From the NCBI GenBank assembly GCA_964035545.1, contig OZ037772.1:11716818-11780817 (forward strand): DNA of 64,000 nt, in the 5' to 3' direction. Both the position numbers and the translations under genes were made by a program. Source of the DNA: Bugula neritina (Eukaryota; Animalia; Bryozoa). Below are positions 56,901 through 64,000 of this stretch, one piece after another. Each line of letters starts with the position of its first letter. Position 1 is the first letter of the stretch. The notes beneath the pieces are model-generated. The model was not told the DNA's origin. It saw only the letters and a list, made by a program, of their open reading frames with translations, and did no database searches.

Positions 56901-59900
56901 GCATTTTTCATACTCCTGAACGGATATGTTTTTACCTTTCAGTTTACTGTAAAACTCTTCATGAGCGGGGAACTCTGTTCTGTCTAGCACTTCCATAGAT
57001 GTGAATATGTCATAAGGCCAGAAGAATTTTTCCCCTTCAACTCCCATAGCTTTTAGATAATCAGAGTACGAAAACCCTGGAGCAAGGAAATTGAGCACGT
57101 CTAGAAATCTTAATTTTTCCGTTTGAATACACATGTATTTGTTTCCTTTTTTAGCTGTAAACAAAACTTTTTGGTTTTGTTCTAATAGATACCGTAGCAT
57201 ATGTTGTCGAATCAATGGAATGTCATAGACAGCGCCGTTGAAAGACAAGATCATCAAGTCTTTCAAATAACAGTGGAGTTGACTTTCTAGTGATTCAAAC
57301 TTTTTTTTGACATTGTTCACTGCTTTGTTATTACAACTAGCTTCAATTTCTTTCTTGATACACTCGTCAGCTTTTTCACGTAGTTGTTTAAACACATCAT
57401 TGTATCTAACAAGCAATCTCTGGTAGCATACTTCAGACAGCTTTGTAAGGAAATCCATCATTTTCACAACCAGCTCGTATTCATTTCCAGAATTCATGAA
57501 ATTCACTGGTTGTGTATAGCCAGATACGTTTGAGCATAAACTTATACAAGCCAACTTGTGTTTGTTTTCATAGTGTATTGTATTTGTGTTTGCAGGTAAA
57601 TCAATCGAAGACATCATCGTTTCGCAATCAAACACAGCAAAGTACGGATAATGTCGTCTATTTTCATCAACTGTGATGTGAACATCTTCAAGCTTTTCGA
57701 AAATAGATCGAGACGGAGTATACACCCCGTAGGGATACACAAGGTTTGTTTCACCAGCTGTACATACTGTGTTATGACTATTCAACGCTCTGACTGATTT
57801 CATTAGCTTGTTACAAAATGTACATTTGTATGACTTTGTGTAAAGAGAGATGTTTTTTATCCAACTGAAATGTGATTCCTCTAGATGTAGGTTTAGTTTG
57901 TGTTTGTAATTGGTAGTGGCTCTGTACATAAGCTTTGCATTAGCTTCTTTCCCTGTATTGTATTCCAAGGTGTACACATTAATAGAACAGTTCAGTATTC
58001 GCTCGGCAAATCTGAGGTCTGATAAAGGCACTCCTGTAAAATCTTGATTCAGTTTGTTCATACCATTCAAGTACATTTCATAATAATGTTTCGTAGACTG
58101 TGTTAAAGTACTCTGCTGCCCCTTTGAGTAAGCTAGAGCTCTAAATAGACATAAGTTGTCTTCATACAGTCTTCCAGTTGTATCAGTGCTAGCTGTTATA
58201 ATTGCTTTGTTTTGTTTTGTTCTCTCAGATGGAGATATAGGGCATCCGATATTGTGATCTGGTATAGGAAATACATACAATGTAATATTTGTTATTTTGT
58301 GAACACTCCACGAAGTGTTTGGCCTGTTTTGAGTTGCTTTCTCTATGAAATCTTTTTCTGTCATTTCTTTCACAAGTTGATTGAAATCTTGTAAATTCTC
58401 TATTAGCTTTGGCGAGGCAAAAAGTTTATCAACACCCATGCTAGCATGAAAGTATCTCAACTTTTCCTCATTTTGATTCAAAAGGATAAAACCAATTGAA
58501 GCATTGCATTTGAATTTCAATGTTTGTTCATGAAATATTAATTTCACTTCTTTATTGTTTAAAGTTGAAATAATGTCATTGTCTTTTATCAATCGATTGT
58601 AGACACTACAATATTTCCCTTTTCTGTTGTACGTTCTTATAGCTGACCAGTTTTTTCTCAATAGAGCATTTGTTTCCTCTTCGTAAATGCCTTTGTACTG
58701 ATAGCGTTCAATATCATCACTGAATGTGGTTTGAGGCTTTTTGTTTGACCTTCTCTCTGCTCCGTTTGAGTTTGTATTCTAAAATTTACCAAGATTACCA
58801 TTGATTAGTTAGCTTTGAGTTTGTTGTAATAGTATATGTAGTATGATCATATTCATATCGTATCGTATCACTCAGTAGATAAATTACCGTGTTATGACAT
58901 CGGTGATTTGTTTTCCACGGTGCATACAACCGTTTACATTGATCACATCTTTTTTTGTGGATACTTTGGTGCCTGCTCAAACTTTGCCTGTGGTTATAAC
59001 TTTTTCCACATATGTGGCACTTGAATTTCTCTAAAACATTGAAGTATAAATTATTCTTTTAACCACCTTGATAGAGATGCAAGGATCAAAGAAAATTACT
59101 TCAAATAGAGATATTGTTTATTAATATGTAAATAGATACACTCATAAATGTATATACTTGACATATAGTGGCATTATCAGATAGAATTGTCAGGTTTACT
59201 ACACTCTTCATCAGAGCCAGAAGAACAGTGTTTTAAACTTTTTCATCGAGTATATATTAAGATATATTGAAATAAATTGAAATAGATTGAAGTATATAGA
59301 TATTGTATATTAACAACTCGCTTTTATACATTTTGTGTTTAATAGTGGCAGAGATAGTATTGAATTTCTTTTCATCGAGTATATATTGAGATAGATTGAA
59401 GTATATAGATATTGTATATTAACAACTCGCTTTTATACATTTTGTGTATAATAGTGGCAGAGATAGTATTGAGTTTCTTTTCATCGAGTATATATTGAAA
59501 TAGATTGAAGTATATAGATATTGTATATTAACAACTCGCTTTTATACATTTTGTGTTTAATAGTGGCAGAGATAGTATTGAGTTTCTTTTCATCGAGTAT
59601 ATATTGAAATAGATTGAAGTATATAGATATTGTATATTAACAACTCGCTTTTATACATTTTGTGTTTAATAGTGGCAGAGATAGTATTGAATTTCTTTTC
59701 ATCGAGTATATATTGAGATAGATTGTAATATATGGATGTTGTATATTAACAACTCGCTTTTATACATTTTGGGTTTAATAGTGGCAGAGATAGTATTGAA
59801 TTTCTTTTCATCGAGTATATATTGAGATAGATTGAAGTATATAGATATTGTATATTAACAACTCGCTTTTATACATTTTGGGTTTAATAGTGGCAGAGAT

Positions 59901-62900
59901 AGTATTGAATTTCTTTTCATTGAGTATATATTGAGATAGATTGAAGTATATAGATATTGTATATTAACAACTCGCTTTTATACATTTTGGGTTTAATAGT
60001 GGCAGAGATAGTATTGAATTTCTTTTCATCGAGTATATATTGAGATAGATTGAAGTATATAGATATTGTATATTAACAACTCGCTTTTATACATTTTGGG
60101 TTTAATAGTGGCAGAGATATAGTATTGAGTTTCTTTTCATTGAGTATATATTGAGATAGATTGAAGTATATAGATATTGTATATTAACAACTCGCTTTTA
60201 TACATTTTGGGTTTAATAGTGGCAGAGATAGTATTGAATTTCTTTTCATTGAGTATATATTGAGATAGATTGTAATATATAGATGTTGTATATTAACAAC
60301 TCGCTTTTATACATTCAATAGTAGCAGTGCTAGTATTGAATTTCTTTTCATTGAGTATATATTGAGATAGATTGTAATATATAGATGTTGTATATTAACT
60401 CGTTTTTATACATTCAATAGTAGCGGTGCTAGTATTGAATTTCTTTTCACTGAGTATATATTGAGATAGATTGTAATATATAGATGTTGTATATTAACAA
60501 CTCGCTTTTATACATTCAATAGTAGCAGTGCTAGTATTGAATTTCTTTTCATTGAGTATATATTGAGATAGATTGTAATATATAGATGTTGTATATTAAC
60601 AACTCGCTTTTATACATTTTGTGTTTAATAGTGGCAGAGATAGTATTGAATTTTTTTTCATTGAGTATATATTGAGATAGATTGTAATATATAGATGTTG
60701 TGTATTAACAACTCGCTTTTATACATTTTGTGTTTAATAGTGGCAGAGATAGTATTGAATTTCTTTTTACTGATTATATATTGAGATATATTGTAACAAT
60801 ATTTTAAACAATAATACGCATAAAAGTATTCCATTCACCAACATAAAATATTTCCCCATCACCAAAAAATACAACATATTTATATTAGAGAGTCAGTGTC
60901 AGTCCGTCAGCCTAAAAATTTTATGATCGGCTCCGATCGTTTAAAATAATTATATTCATCCGGTGATATGTCGTCTAGTTTGATTTCGGTCACATTTAGT
61001 GACCAAAATAAGTCCTCGTTTACTTTTTTTATCACACCGCTTCTCAACACGCATGTTAATTTTCCCACTTTTCCATACAGTTGTTGTACATTTAATAACA
61101 CAGGTTGTCCATTGACTACAGCATTTACGCAAATTTCGTCTTCCATGTTTCTGACCACGTCAACATAACATCCGAGCAATGATGCATTTTCACTTTTACC
61201 GTAAAACTTAACTTTTTTTTCAAAAATTTTAGCTAGCTTTGTTTTAAAAAGTTCTAGATTTTTAGATTTTTTCACATATAAACATGGCCCACTGTTGGGA
61301 ATTTTCGACTCGTATATTTTTAATTCACCTATAAATTCATCAGATTTAAAAAAGAATTTACGCGAATGATTAAATGTAGGTATTATCTTGTCATTGTCAG
61401 TGTAGTAGGATAATTGTGATTGATCATAATTAAGAGGGACTAAATAGCAACCTTCTTCATTTGCAGGTGTTTTGCTCTGATCGACAGCGGTAGCAGCAGT
61501 GGCAGCATCATCACTTGTAGTAACAGTTGTACCAGTAGAGGAACTAGCGGATGGAATAGACAACGTCATAGAGGAAGGAGTGGTAGTAGCGCTAAAAAAG
61601 AGGGATCTATTACTATGTTTTATAATATGTAACTTATTCTACGTAATATAATTTATTACACGACAAACGTCTGTTTATTTGTTTATAGTTTGTCAAGTGA
61701 ATACAATTAATTGTGAGTCTTACAGATGATTGATGATTTACGATATTCTACTAACCTCACGCTGGTAGATACAGATGGCTCGCTAGTCGACTCATCCACC
61801 TTTGGAATTGATGCAGGTTTCTTACGCTTTGATTCACCAGACTTAGATTCACTAAAATAATATTATTGTAATGAATAAAATGCTACTTTTAGCTGATAAA
61901 AAAGGTTAGCATAATTATAGAAAGCTAACACTATAGTAAACTAAAATCATTCTCGTGTTAATAATATTCTAACAGGTTAGTGGTTAGCATAGTTATAGAA
62001 AGCTAACACTATAGTAAACTAAAATCATTCTCATGTTAATAATATTCTAACAGGTTAGTGGTGAGATATCCAAAAGAAATATATTATTACTTACTTTTTT
62101 CTTTTAGAAGGCTTTAAGGCTTTGAGTGGTTCAACTGTACTGGAACTAGTACTCGTTTCTCCCACTTTTCTTCTGAGTTGTAGTAGTTCAGCTTCTAACT
62201 TCTTTACTAAATCTCCCATGGTGTTTGCTGTATGGTTTGGGATGCGATGAAACATAGAAGTTTTTCGAGGCTTTTATATACTGAGATTTTGTAATTTATT
62301 CCTACGTAAATGAAATTTATCTTAACTAAAAGTTTTCCTCTTTTTTATTATAGGGAGTTGGGTGGTAACATTTTAATTGTAATCTGCCGGTTTAAGGTTT
62401 ACTCACGTAAGCAATATTATATCAGTTTACGTAGGTGATACGTGTTTTAACAGTTGCATATGTATTTAAATTTCAACTAGGACACTTCCCATCCGTAAAT
62501 TAGAAATTGCCGTGTCATCCATCTTAGCTGAAAAATTTTCCGATTTCTAACTATAATGAGGAATTGAGTTGTTAAATTTTAAATACAATCCACCCATCTA
62601 GGGTTTAATTACTGGGCGATATTATATCAGGTTATACAAGATTTTATTATGTTTTACTTCCCATTGATTAAATTGGAAACCGCTGTGTCACCTCCTAATT
62701 TTTGCTAATATTAATTTTTACTTTGTCAAAGTTTCAAACATCATTAGCATAAGGTTAATTATCTTTTTTCTGCTTTTTGAGTTTCAGAAAAATTGTGTCA
62801 AGTTATAAGTTTAAAAATGGAGTTGCAAATAGAGTTGGACCATAAGACATGTTTTTTGTTTCCATTTAACATTTTATTATAAACTATGAGTTGTATACAG

Positions 62901-63995
62901 AAAAACATTACATTCCGTAATAATTATTTTCTAAAATGTGTTTAGTCAAAACTGTTAACAGCTTAGATGGTGAAGACGCATCACTCTGAGACATATTACC
63001 ATTCAAGAAAAAATATTGTATAGTTATAAAATCCCCGTGAACTTTAGTGTTGCAAACAGCTAGTTTTAAATTGTCAGTCATTTCGAAGTGTTTTGTGCAG
63101 TTATTGAACATTCTGTCTAAAGTATAATTAGTTGAAAACATCTTTCCAGAAAAGCTACCATTACCGCTCATAACTATGTTGATTACATTCATTGATAAAA
63201 ATAGTGCTACCAGGATAATAGCGATAGGTTTCTTTTTTAGTTCTGAAAAGCTCCAGTCATTCTTTGCATTATCTCTCCTGGTCGAAACTTTATTAATGAG
63301 TGTATTCCGATTATGTACAACTTTTCTCGCCACATCTAACTCATCTTCAGCCACATTTGCATCTTGTTCATTAAATATAGGATCTTTATTTTGCAAGGGA
63401 AAATTTTCTACTTCTGTCATCATTGATTAACCTTTGCGCTCAAAACATATAACGATGAATGATGTAAATTTCAGAATGGTGATGTTTTATACCAAAAAAC
63501 ACACAAATTTTGACTCGCAAACTGTATAACTCTCAGCTCAGTGAGTAAATTTTGTTACTTATAAAGTTAGTGACAAGGATATACAGCTAAACTAATCATT
63601 GATCCACCTTCCAGTAATTGCTTAAAAAGGTGTATTCACTGTAAGCTAAATTTAATAGCTACCACCTGTCAACTTTAAGGCTTACAATGCTCACATAGTT
63701 AACGAGATGCTAATTTCCATAGCCATAGAGTCTACGCTATGTTGACAAATTGACCGATACGAGATGCTTACTTCCATAGCCGTAGAGGGGCTTATTATAC
63801 TACTGACATGTGCTTACTATTAACACAGAAACATACATATTATTATGTGTAAAATATATGCACGCATTCGATCTCATATGTGAGGAATTGCTGTGTTACA
63901 AATACAAACCTGTCATTTGTTTTGCAGAAGAAAAAAAAGCTGGTGATGCAAATGACGCTCTGGACTTCCTTAAGGGTCTTGGCATTGTTGGATAA
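44952..63995 (+). CDS. Small secreted EMI-domain-like host protein, ~7 exons; last intron contains the Polinton
   Basis: Phase-compatible exons: 44952-45001 (signal peptide MAASPSLLLFLCLAVAG), 45442-45560, 45927-~46079, 46555-46603, 46883-~46910, ~47149-47265 (…KICCRGYKQVGENCV, EMI-type CCxGY-x5-6-C end; phase-1 donor G|GTCAGT) and 63928-63995 (TTTGCAG|AA, phase 1; EEKKAGDANDALDFLKGLGIVG-stop). Confidence 0.7.
45745..45890. mobile_element. Short palindromic MITE-like element
   Basis: Imperfect inverted arms AATTGCCTTATAAGCAGCTGCGAGTTA ... TAACTCGGAGATGCTTATAGAACAATT, with an inner CTCGAGTTTGG/CCAAACTTGAG pair. Confidence 0.55.
46911..47155. repeat. ~33-bp tandem repeat filling an intron of the EMI-like gene
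   Basis: Unit TATTATGTACTGTGGTAGGCCTGTAGTAAAGTA, ~7 copies, running into the next exon. Confidence 0.9.
47669..47874 (+). repeat. Left TIR (206 bp)
   Basis: Reverse complement of 63625-63804, with 6 substitutions and a 26-bp extra segment. Confidence 0.95.
48062..48601 (-). CDS. Adenain-like cysteine maturation protease (PRO)
   Basis: Motifs NTKPHNHPGEHWV, YFDSFG, QLQS..STVCGQYC (His/Asp/Gln/Cys). ATG at 48601 overlaps the MCP stop (TGATG). Confidence 0.92.
   Translation of the reverse strand: MNSKEIYSILENDEWVKKMNFIGVFPVDRIPSSSLTDYPCCGVVNTKPHNHPGEHWVMFLKTENNTGVYFDSFGSGLYNMPEVAAIFDSVDSWQFSSTQLQSVFSTVCGQYCIFVLTHLARGFSLEHIISLINDCCDTYANDAFIFNYINQKYSNFLNKELEIVDLPFIFEQASYPVKI
48601..49911 (-). 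CDS. Major capsid protein (double jelly-roll, Polinton PY/hexon-like), 436 aa
   Basis: ELDLFSTLPTQASI, YLDLSSSYL, TLFQQVEIMLN, YHYRALIETLL, LPKRIVIG, NPFNFQH, GYSLMAFDLTPD are typical Maverick MCP motifs; position fits. Confidence 0.9.
   Translation of the reverse strand: MSFIMEHSCLAGKPELDLFSTLPTQASIEEGYHVEHMPTTSLNDEGPIKFSISGDSNNYLDLSSSYLLLEVKITKADGTDLDAQGDAAPINLLGHTLFQQVEIMLNDVVISNASNLYHYRALIETLLSYSDEAKKSQLSMSLYSKDTPGKMDHIGGDNEGLEARRRITGQSKTVQLIVRPHADIFFQRRFILNGVDMKLKFVRNHNSLVLMAGENSTCKLKILNASFFLRKVKINSGIQLKHIENLDKKLLPAVYPIRRVDMKSFNIALGSLSWNEENLFHGILPKRIVIGIVNAGAFEGAYNLNPFNFQHKHLKYTNLVVDGKQVPQKALVSDYTNHNTLRNYFTLLESTGKVFNNGGIDIDREEYEKGYSLMAFDLTPDLDLSTCFHLMKRGTIRLELKFSQALDTPVNVIVYSEFDSGIKIDKNRAVLTNFYA
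49923..50354 (-). CDS. Conserved small basic Maverick protein (putative core/membrane-lytic precursor), 143 aa
   Basis: QSGNG / QTGYGLGSIFG..LKAALP motif, amphipathic helix, K/R-rich tail ending DIFS; lies between the minor and major capsid genes. Confidence 0.7.
   Translation of the reverse strand: MRIIPFDCDAASNSYRQLYEQSGNGMIPIFSGEKYQTGYGLGSIFGNILKAALPVVKQGVKSLGKTAINTGLNIARDSLSGKPFRESIKDNVNSAAGEVITKGITYVTNRNRNKKRKRQTNRVTSSKSSKVKRRRVTKRDIFS
50351..51121 (-). CDS. Minor capsid protein (penton, single jelly-roll), 256 aa
   Basis: N-terminal VLPSNAS..FPKNSLSVYTVQLP..YEIGLSEI and C-terminal VYTDVAESSIVGDTQAQLLRVV motifs of Maverick mCP. Confidence 0.85.
   Translation of the reverse strand: MRVVLPSNASLKHFPKNSLSVYTVQLPQSLDFTDGSYEIGLSEIQFYKSWFNVKQCSITLKVNEAEETVHLDDGYYKSDKKLIQSINQAINDQCLNLKVKFNFYYNDVNKNFYVIAENVRGCSIDITYSPSLEKILNVQEEKMEIKSMTDGTILVKYNTPIRLHTIFNLMVYTDVAESSIVGDTQAQLLRVVGVEDGHWRLQSTNFNNVQYCKINKTHVSSVSIYIYTDYGERVPFTHGRTVVTVDIRKVKPINLI
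51155..52282 (-). CDS. Retroviral-type (rve/c-int) DDE integrase with C-terminal chromodomain; probable start MARRKRKK at 52282 (ORF open to 52390)
   Basis: WQIDLTD, LSDRGKEF, ASMVERLQRTLK (D,D,E); KGYLPSWSEEIF; chromo-like YKIESIVGQR...FLVRWAGYPPSFDSYV. Confidence 0.93.
   Translation of the reverse strand: MARRKRKKQNPDSSYTDKLIRDTYFNISKPAGFGSKAKLYKSLKGKVSKGAIDRWLEKTDSYNLHKPLRKNFPRRKYIVSGINAMWQIDLTDLQQFSSENNGFKYILLSIDTFSRKAYGVPLKTKSGLEVSRAMREIIENENNNTPPEMILSDRGKEFFNPQFKALMKEYNINHFSSNNQEIKASMVERLQRTLKAKLFKYFTHQNSHRYLDILNDLISSYNNSKHSAHNSTPNDVTVNNQEEIWHRLYTDSQSGQTNKLKYNVGDLVRISKYSTVFKKGYLPSWSEEIFTIAKIHTTNPPVYSLADDSGDQLEGTWYEPELQKVNTKSNTYKIESIVGQRTVNGKKQFLVRWAGYPPSFDSYVDKRDVIFNYKN
52233..52958 (-). 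CDS. Conserved Maverick hypothetical protein (PZ-type, label tentative), 241 aa
   Basis: Motifs MSEIL..LSENKKV..Y, VNDAGQVTING..LRGSNLSDLL, GWKEF..NVP resemble the uncharacterised ORF seen next to the integrase in animal Mavericks. Confidence 0.7.
   Translation of the reverse strand: MNSQSARKFLLVDAADLKHNSFVNADVSKNNDYQQVERNKPLITKELFAVDKLMSEILNDNTLSENKKVTAYNNALTNYQELKTTTYKKISSTRLPTLSKNSEPQLKETESLTSYNPLLAIPQRFKTKASQLWDILKKDGKVSVNDAGQVTINGNQLRGSNLSDLLNLAVNSQLKGKTLEGWKEFRQVLIDYNVPKLLINQNVIEEKSKSRRESSKLSSGEWDPYDGKAKTKKAKSRLQLY
52955..53305 (-). CDS. Conserved small basic Maverick protein with adenovirus pX/mu-like C-terminus, 116 aa
   Basis: NVLKGKVSL..YKNILRKIADKK..LVQKGGFLSALLGPLIG; ATGA overlap with the next gene. 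Confidence 0.75.
   Translation of the reverse strand: MTARIKKHAKTLSYLAECDKHNCKAIINAAGSELLNCFSDICYNVLKGKVSLSPTEENNLGKYKNILRKIADKKSTLKTKKTLVQKGGFLSALLGPLIGSVLAPLAKGIFSGFRKR
53320..53970 (-). CDS. FtsK/A32-like DNA packaging ATPase (probable start MSLPF at 53970; ORF open to 54045)
   Basis: Walker A GPSRAGKT, Walker B LIIFDD, HHRNISVIFITQNLF, VFKNPRD, PFGYLVID. Confidence 0.92.
   Translation of the reverse strand: MSLPFYHTFSAIVAGPSRAGKTQWVRKLITNSHTMISPPPEKIIYCYSEWQPLFSSYNNVEFHQGVIDIQELNKNIKNLIIFDDLMSEIDQNIENIFTKHSHHRNISVIFITQNLFQDNSHMRTMSRSASYVVVFKNPRDVNQISYLARQMFPKNQSNFVVEAFRDATSVPFGYLVIDYRQETEDYLRIRTGVFPGEKTYIYLSNRNATSLQRNAA
54066..54115. promoter_or_regulatory. Five tandem p53-family consensus half-sites (putative response element)
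   Basis: AGGCAAGTTC AGGCATGTTT AGGCATGTTT AGGCATGTTT AGGCAAGTTT; each is 10/10 RRRCWWGYYY with zero spacer. Function is untested. Confidence 0.6.
54148..54546 (-). CDS. Accessory alpha-helical protein, putative divergent Bcl-2-like fold, 132 aa
   Basis: ATG at 54546 (MENLY). The segment GYVQFCKVAKDLTDPNISAIRLETIFFLCVQIC...V..F...I...L keeps the gap-free register of the Bcl-2-family alpha4-BH1-alpha5-alpha6 region. The ORF is well supported; the fold is inferred. Confidence 0.55.
   Translation of the reverse strand: MENLYLLQKNAYNYIWYKLSKMSRQHYVNYCITQTVLDMYNKHQNWSEEEINELVELAEDMYETNGYVQFCKVAKDLTDPNISAIRLETIFFLCVQICKMYIEAGEHFAVKYFIQQIQWNLGIALEKQNNVQ
54628..59030 (-). CDS. polB: Protein-primed family B DNA polymerase (pPolB) polyprotein, spliced: exons 59030-58888, 58778-55598, 55448-54628; first exon unresolved; ~1380 aa
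   Basis: ExoI FDCET, ExoII FNGAVYD, ExoIII YNNEDV, motif A YDATSLY, motif B KLIG|NSAYG rebuilt across a 149-bp GT-AG intron, motif C MDTDS, KCY..SKGV. The N-terminal part has a C2H2 finger and an OTU-like DNLCLFRAL..SHFSW region. Confidence 0.92.
59240..60797. repeat. 109-bp tandem array, 14 copies (three ~100-102-bp variants), inside the Polinton
   Basis: Anchor CAACTCGCTTTTATACA recurs at 59314, 59423, 59532, 59641, 59750, 59859, 59968, 60077, 60188, 60297, ~60398 (degenerate), 60498, 60600, 60709. Confidence 0.95.
60907..62219 (-). CDS. Three-exon Polinton gene (62219-62095, 61851-61756, 61591-60907), 301 aa; putative nuclear ssDNA-binding protein
   Basis: Kozak ACCATGG at 62219; donors AA|GTAAGT and AG|GTTAGT; acceptors TTTTAG; both introns are phase 2 and the frame is continuous into track ORF 60907-61569. 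Coiled-coil N-terminus, KRKN..KRKKP NLS-like motif, S/T-rich linker, beta-rich C-domain. Confidence 0.75.
62271..62280 (-). promoter_or_regulatory. TATA box of the 3-exon gene
   Basis: TATATAAAAG about 50 nt upstream of the Kozak ATG at 62219. Confidence 0.6.
62908..63423 (-). CDS. Accessory single-pass membrane protein, 171 aa
   Basis: KKKPIAIILVALFLSMNVINIVMSG signal-anchor-like segment, followed by N-x-S/T sequons NGS, NYT, NCT, NMS; TATAAAA at 63491-63485. Confidence 0.65.
   Translation of the reverse strand: MMTEVENFPLQNKDPIFNEQDANVAEDELDVARKVVHNRNTLINKVSTRRDNAKNDWSFSELKKKPIAIILVALFLSMNVINIVMSGNGSFSGKMFSTNYTLDRMFNNCTKHFEMTDNLKLAVCNTKVHGDFITIQYFFLNGNMSQSDASSPSKLLTVLTKHILENNYYGM
63625..63804 (-). 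repeat. Right TIR (180 bp)
   Basis: Inverted copy of the left terminus; ends ...TTATACTACT followed by the TSD GACATG. Confidence 0.95.
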
Positions 63996-64000
63996 ATCGA

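Larger units (their letters stand above)
47669..63804 (-). mobile_element. Complete Polinton/Maverick (adintovirus-like endogenous virus), 16,136 bp
   Basis: Termini AGTAGT...ACTACT, TIRs, perfect 6-bp TSD GACATG (47663-47668 and 63805-63810), and a full gene set of pPolB, integrase, ATPase, major and minor capsid and protease, all uninterrupted once introns are allowed. Confidence 0.97.

Noticed and set aside
54628-58661. pPolB as a broken pseudogene (two separate ORFs)
   Set aside because: A canonical GT-AG intron restores motif B exactly, and the intervening 75 codons are open and polymerase-like.
59240-60797. CRISPR-like array
   Set aside because: Units are contiguous near-identical repeats with no unique spacers; there are no cas genes and the context is eukaryotic.
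62845-62854. Additional p53 half-site AGACATGTTT (and a 9/10 match in the pPolB intron near 55573)
   Set aside because: Isolated half-sites are expected by chance in 16 kb and are not paired.
63810-63995. Independent 61-aa ORF
   Set aside because: It has no ATG start; only 63928-63995 looks coding, as the last exon of the EMI-like host gene.

Overview
AT-rich, intron-rich invertebrate animal genomic DNA (innexin present; lophotrochozoan-like by inference). Host genes, left to right: a small Cys/His-rich zinc-finger gene (-), Sec16 (-, ~20 kb), the tRNA-modification GTPase GTPBP3/MnmE (+, head-to-head with Sec16), an innexin (-), and a small secreted EMI-like protein gene (+). The last intron of that EMI-like gene holds an apparently complete 16,136-bp Polinton/Maverick (adintovirus-like endogenous virus) at 47669-63804, with AGTAGT...ACTACT termini, ~180-206-bp TIRs and a perfect 6-bp TSD (GACATG). 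All viral genes lie on the minus strand. An intronless, tightly overlapping module carries the packaging ATPase, two small basic proteins, a conserved ORF, DDE integrase-chromodomain, minor capsid, major capsid and adenain protease. A spliced module carries pPolB (at least 2 GT-AG introns) and a 3-exon putative DNA-binding protein. The most notable observation is five perfect, spacer-less p53-family half-sites (RRRCWWGYYY) directly upstream of the ATPase/integrase/capsid module and directly downstream of an ORF with a Bcl-2-like sequence pattern. This suggests a hypothetical stress-responsive switch paired with an apoptosis modulator. A 14-copy 109-bp array with one TATA box per unit lies upstream of pPolB. 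SINEs, MITEs and splice-site-adjacent tandem repeats occur in the host part. All exon structures were read by eye and need RNA-seq confirmation.
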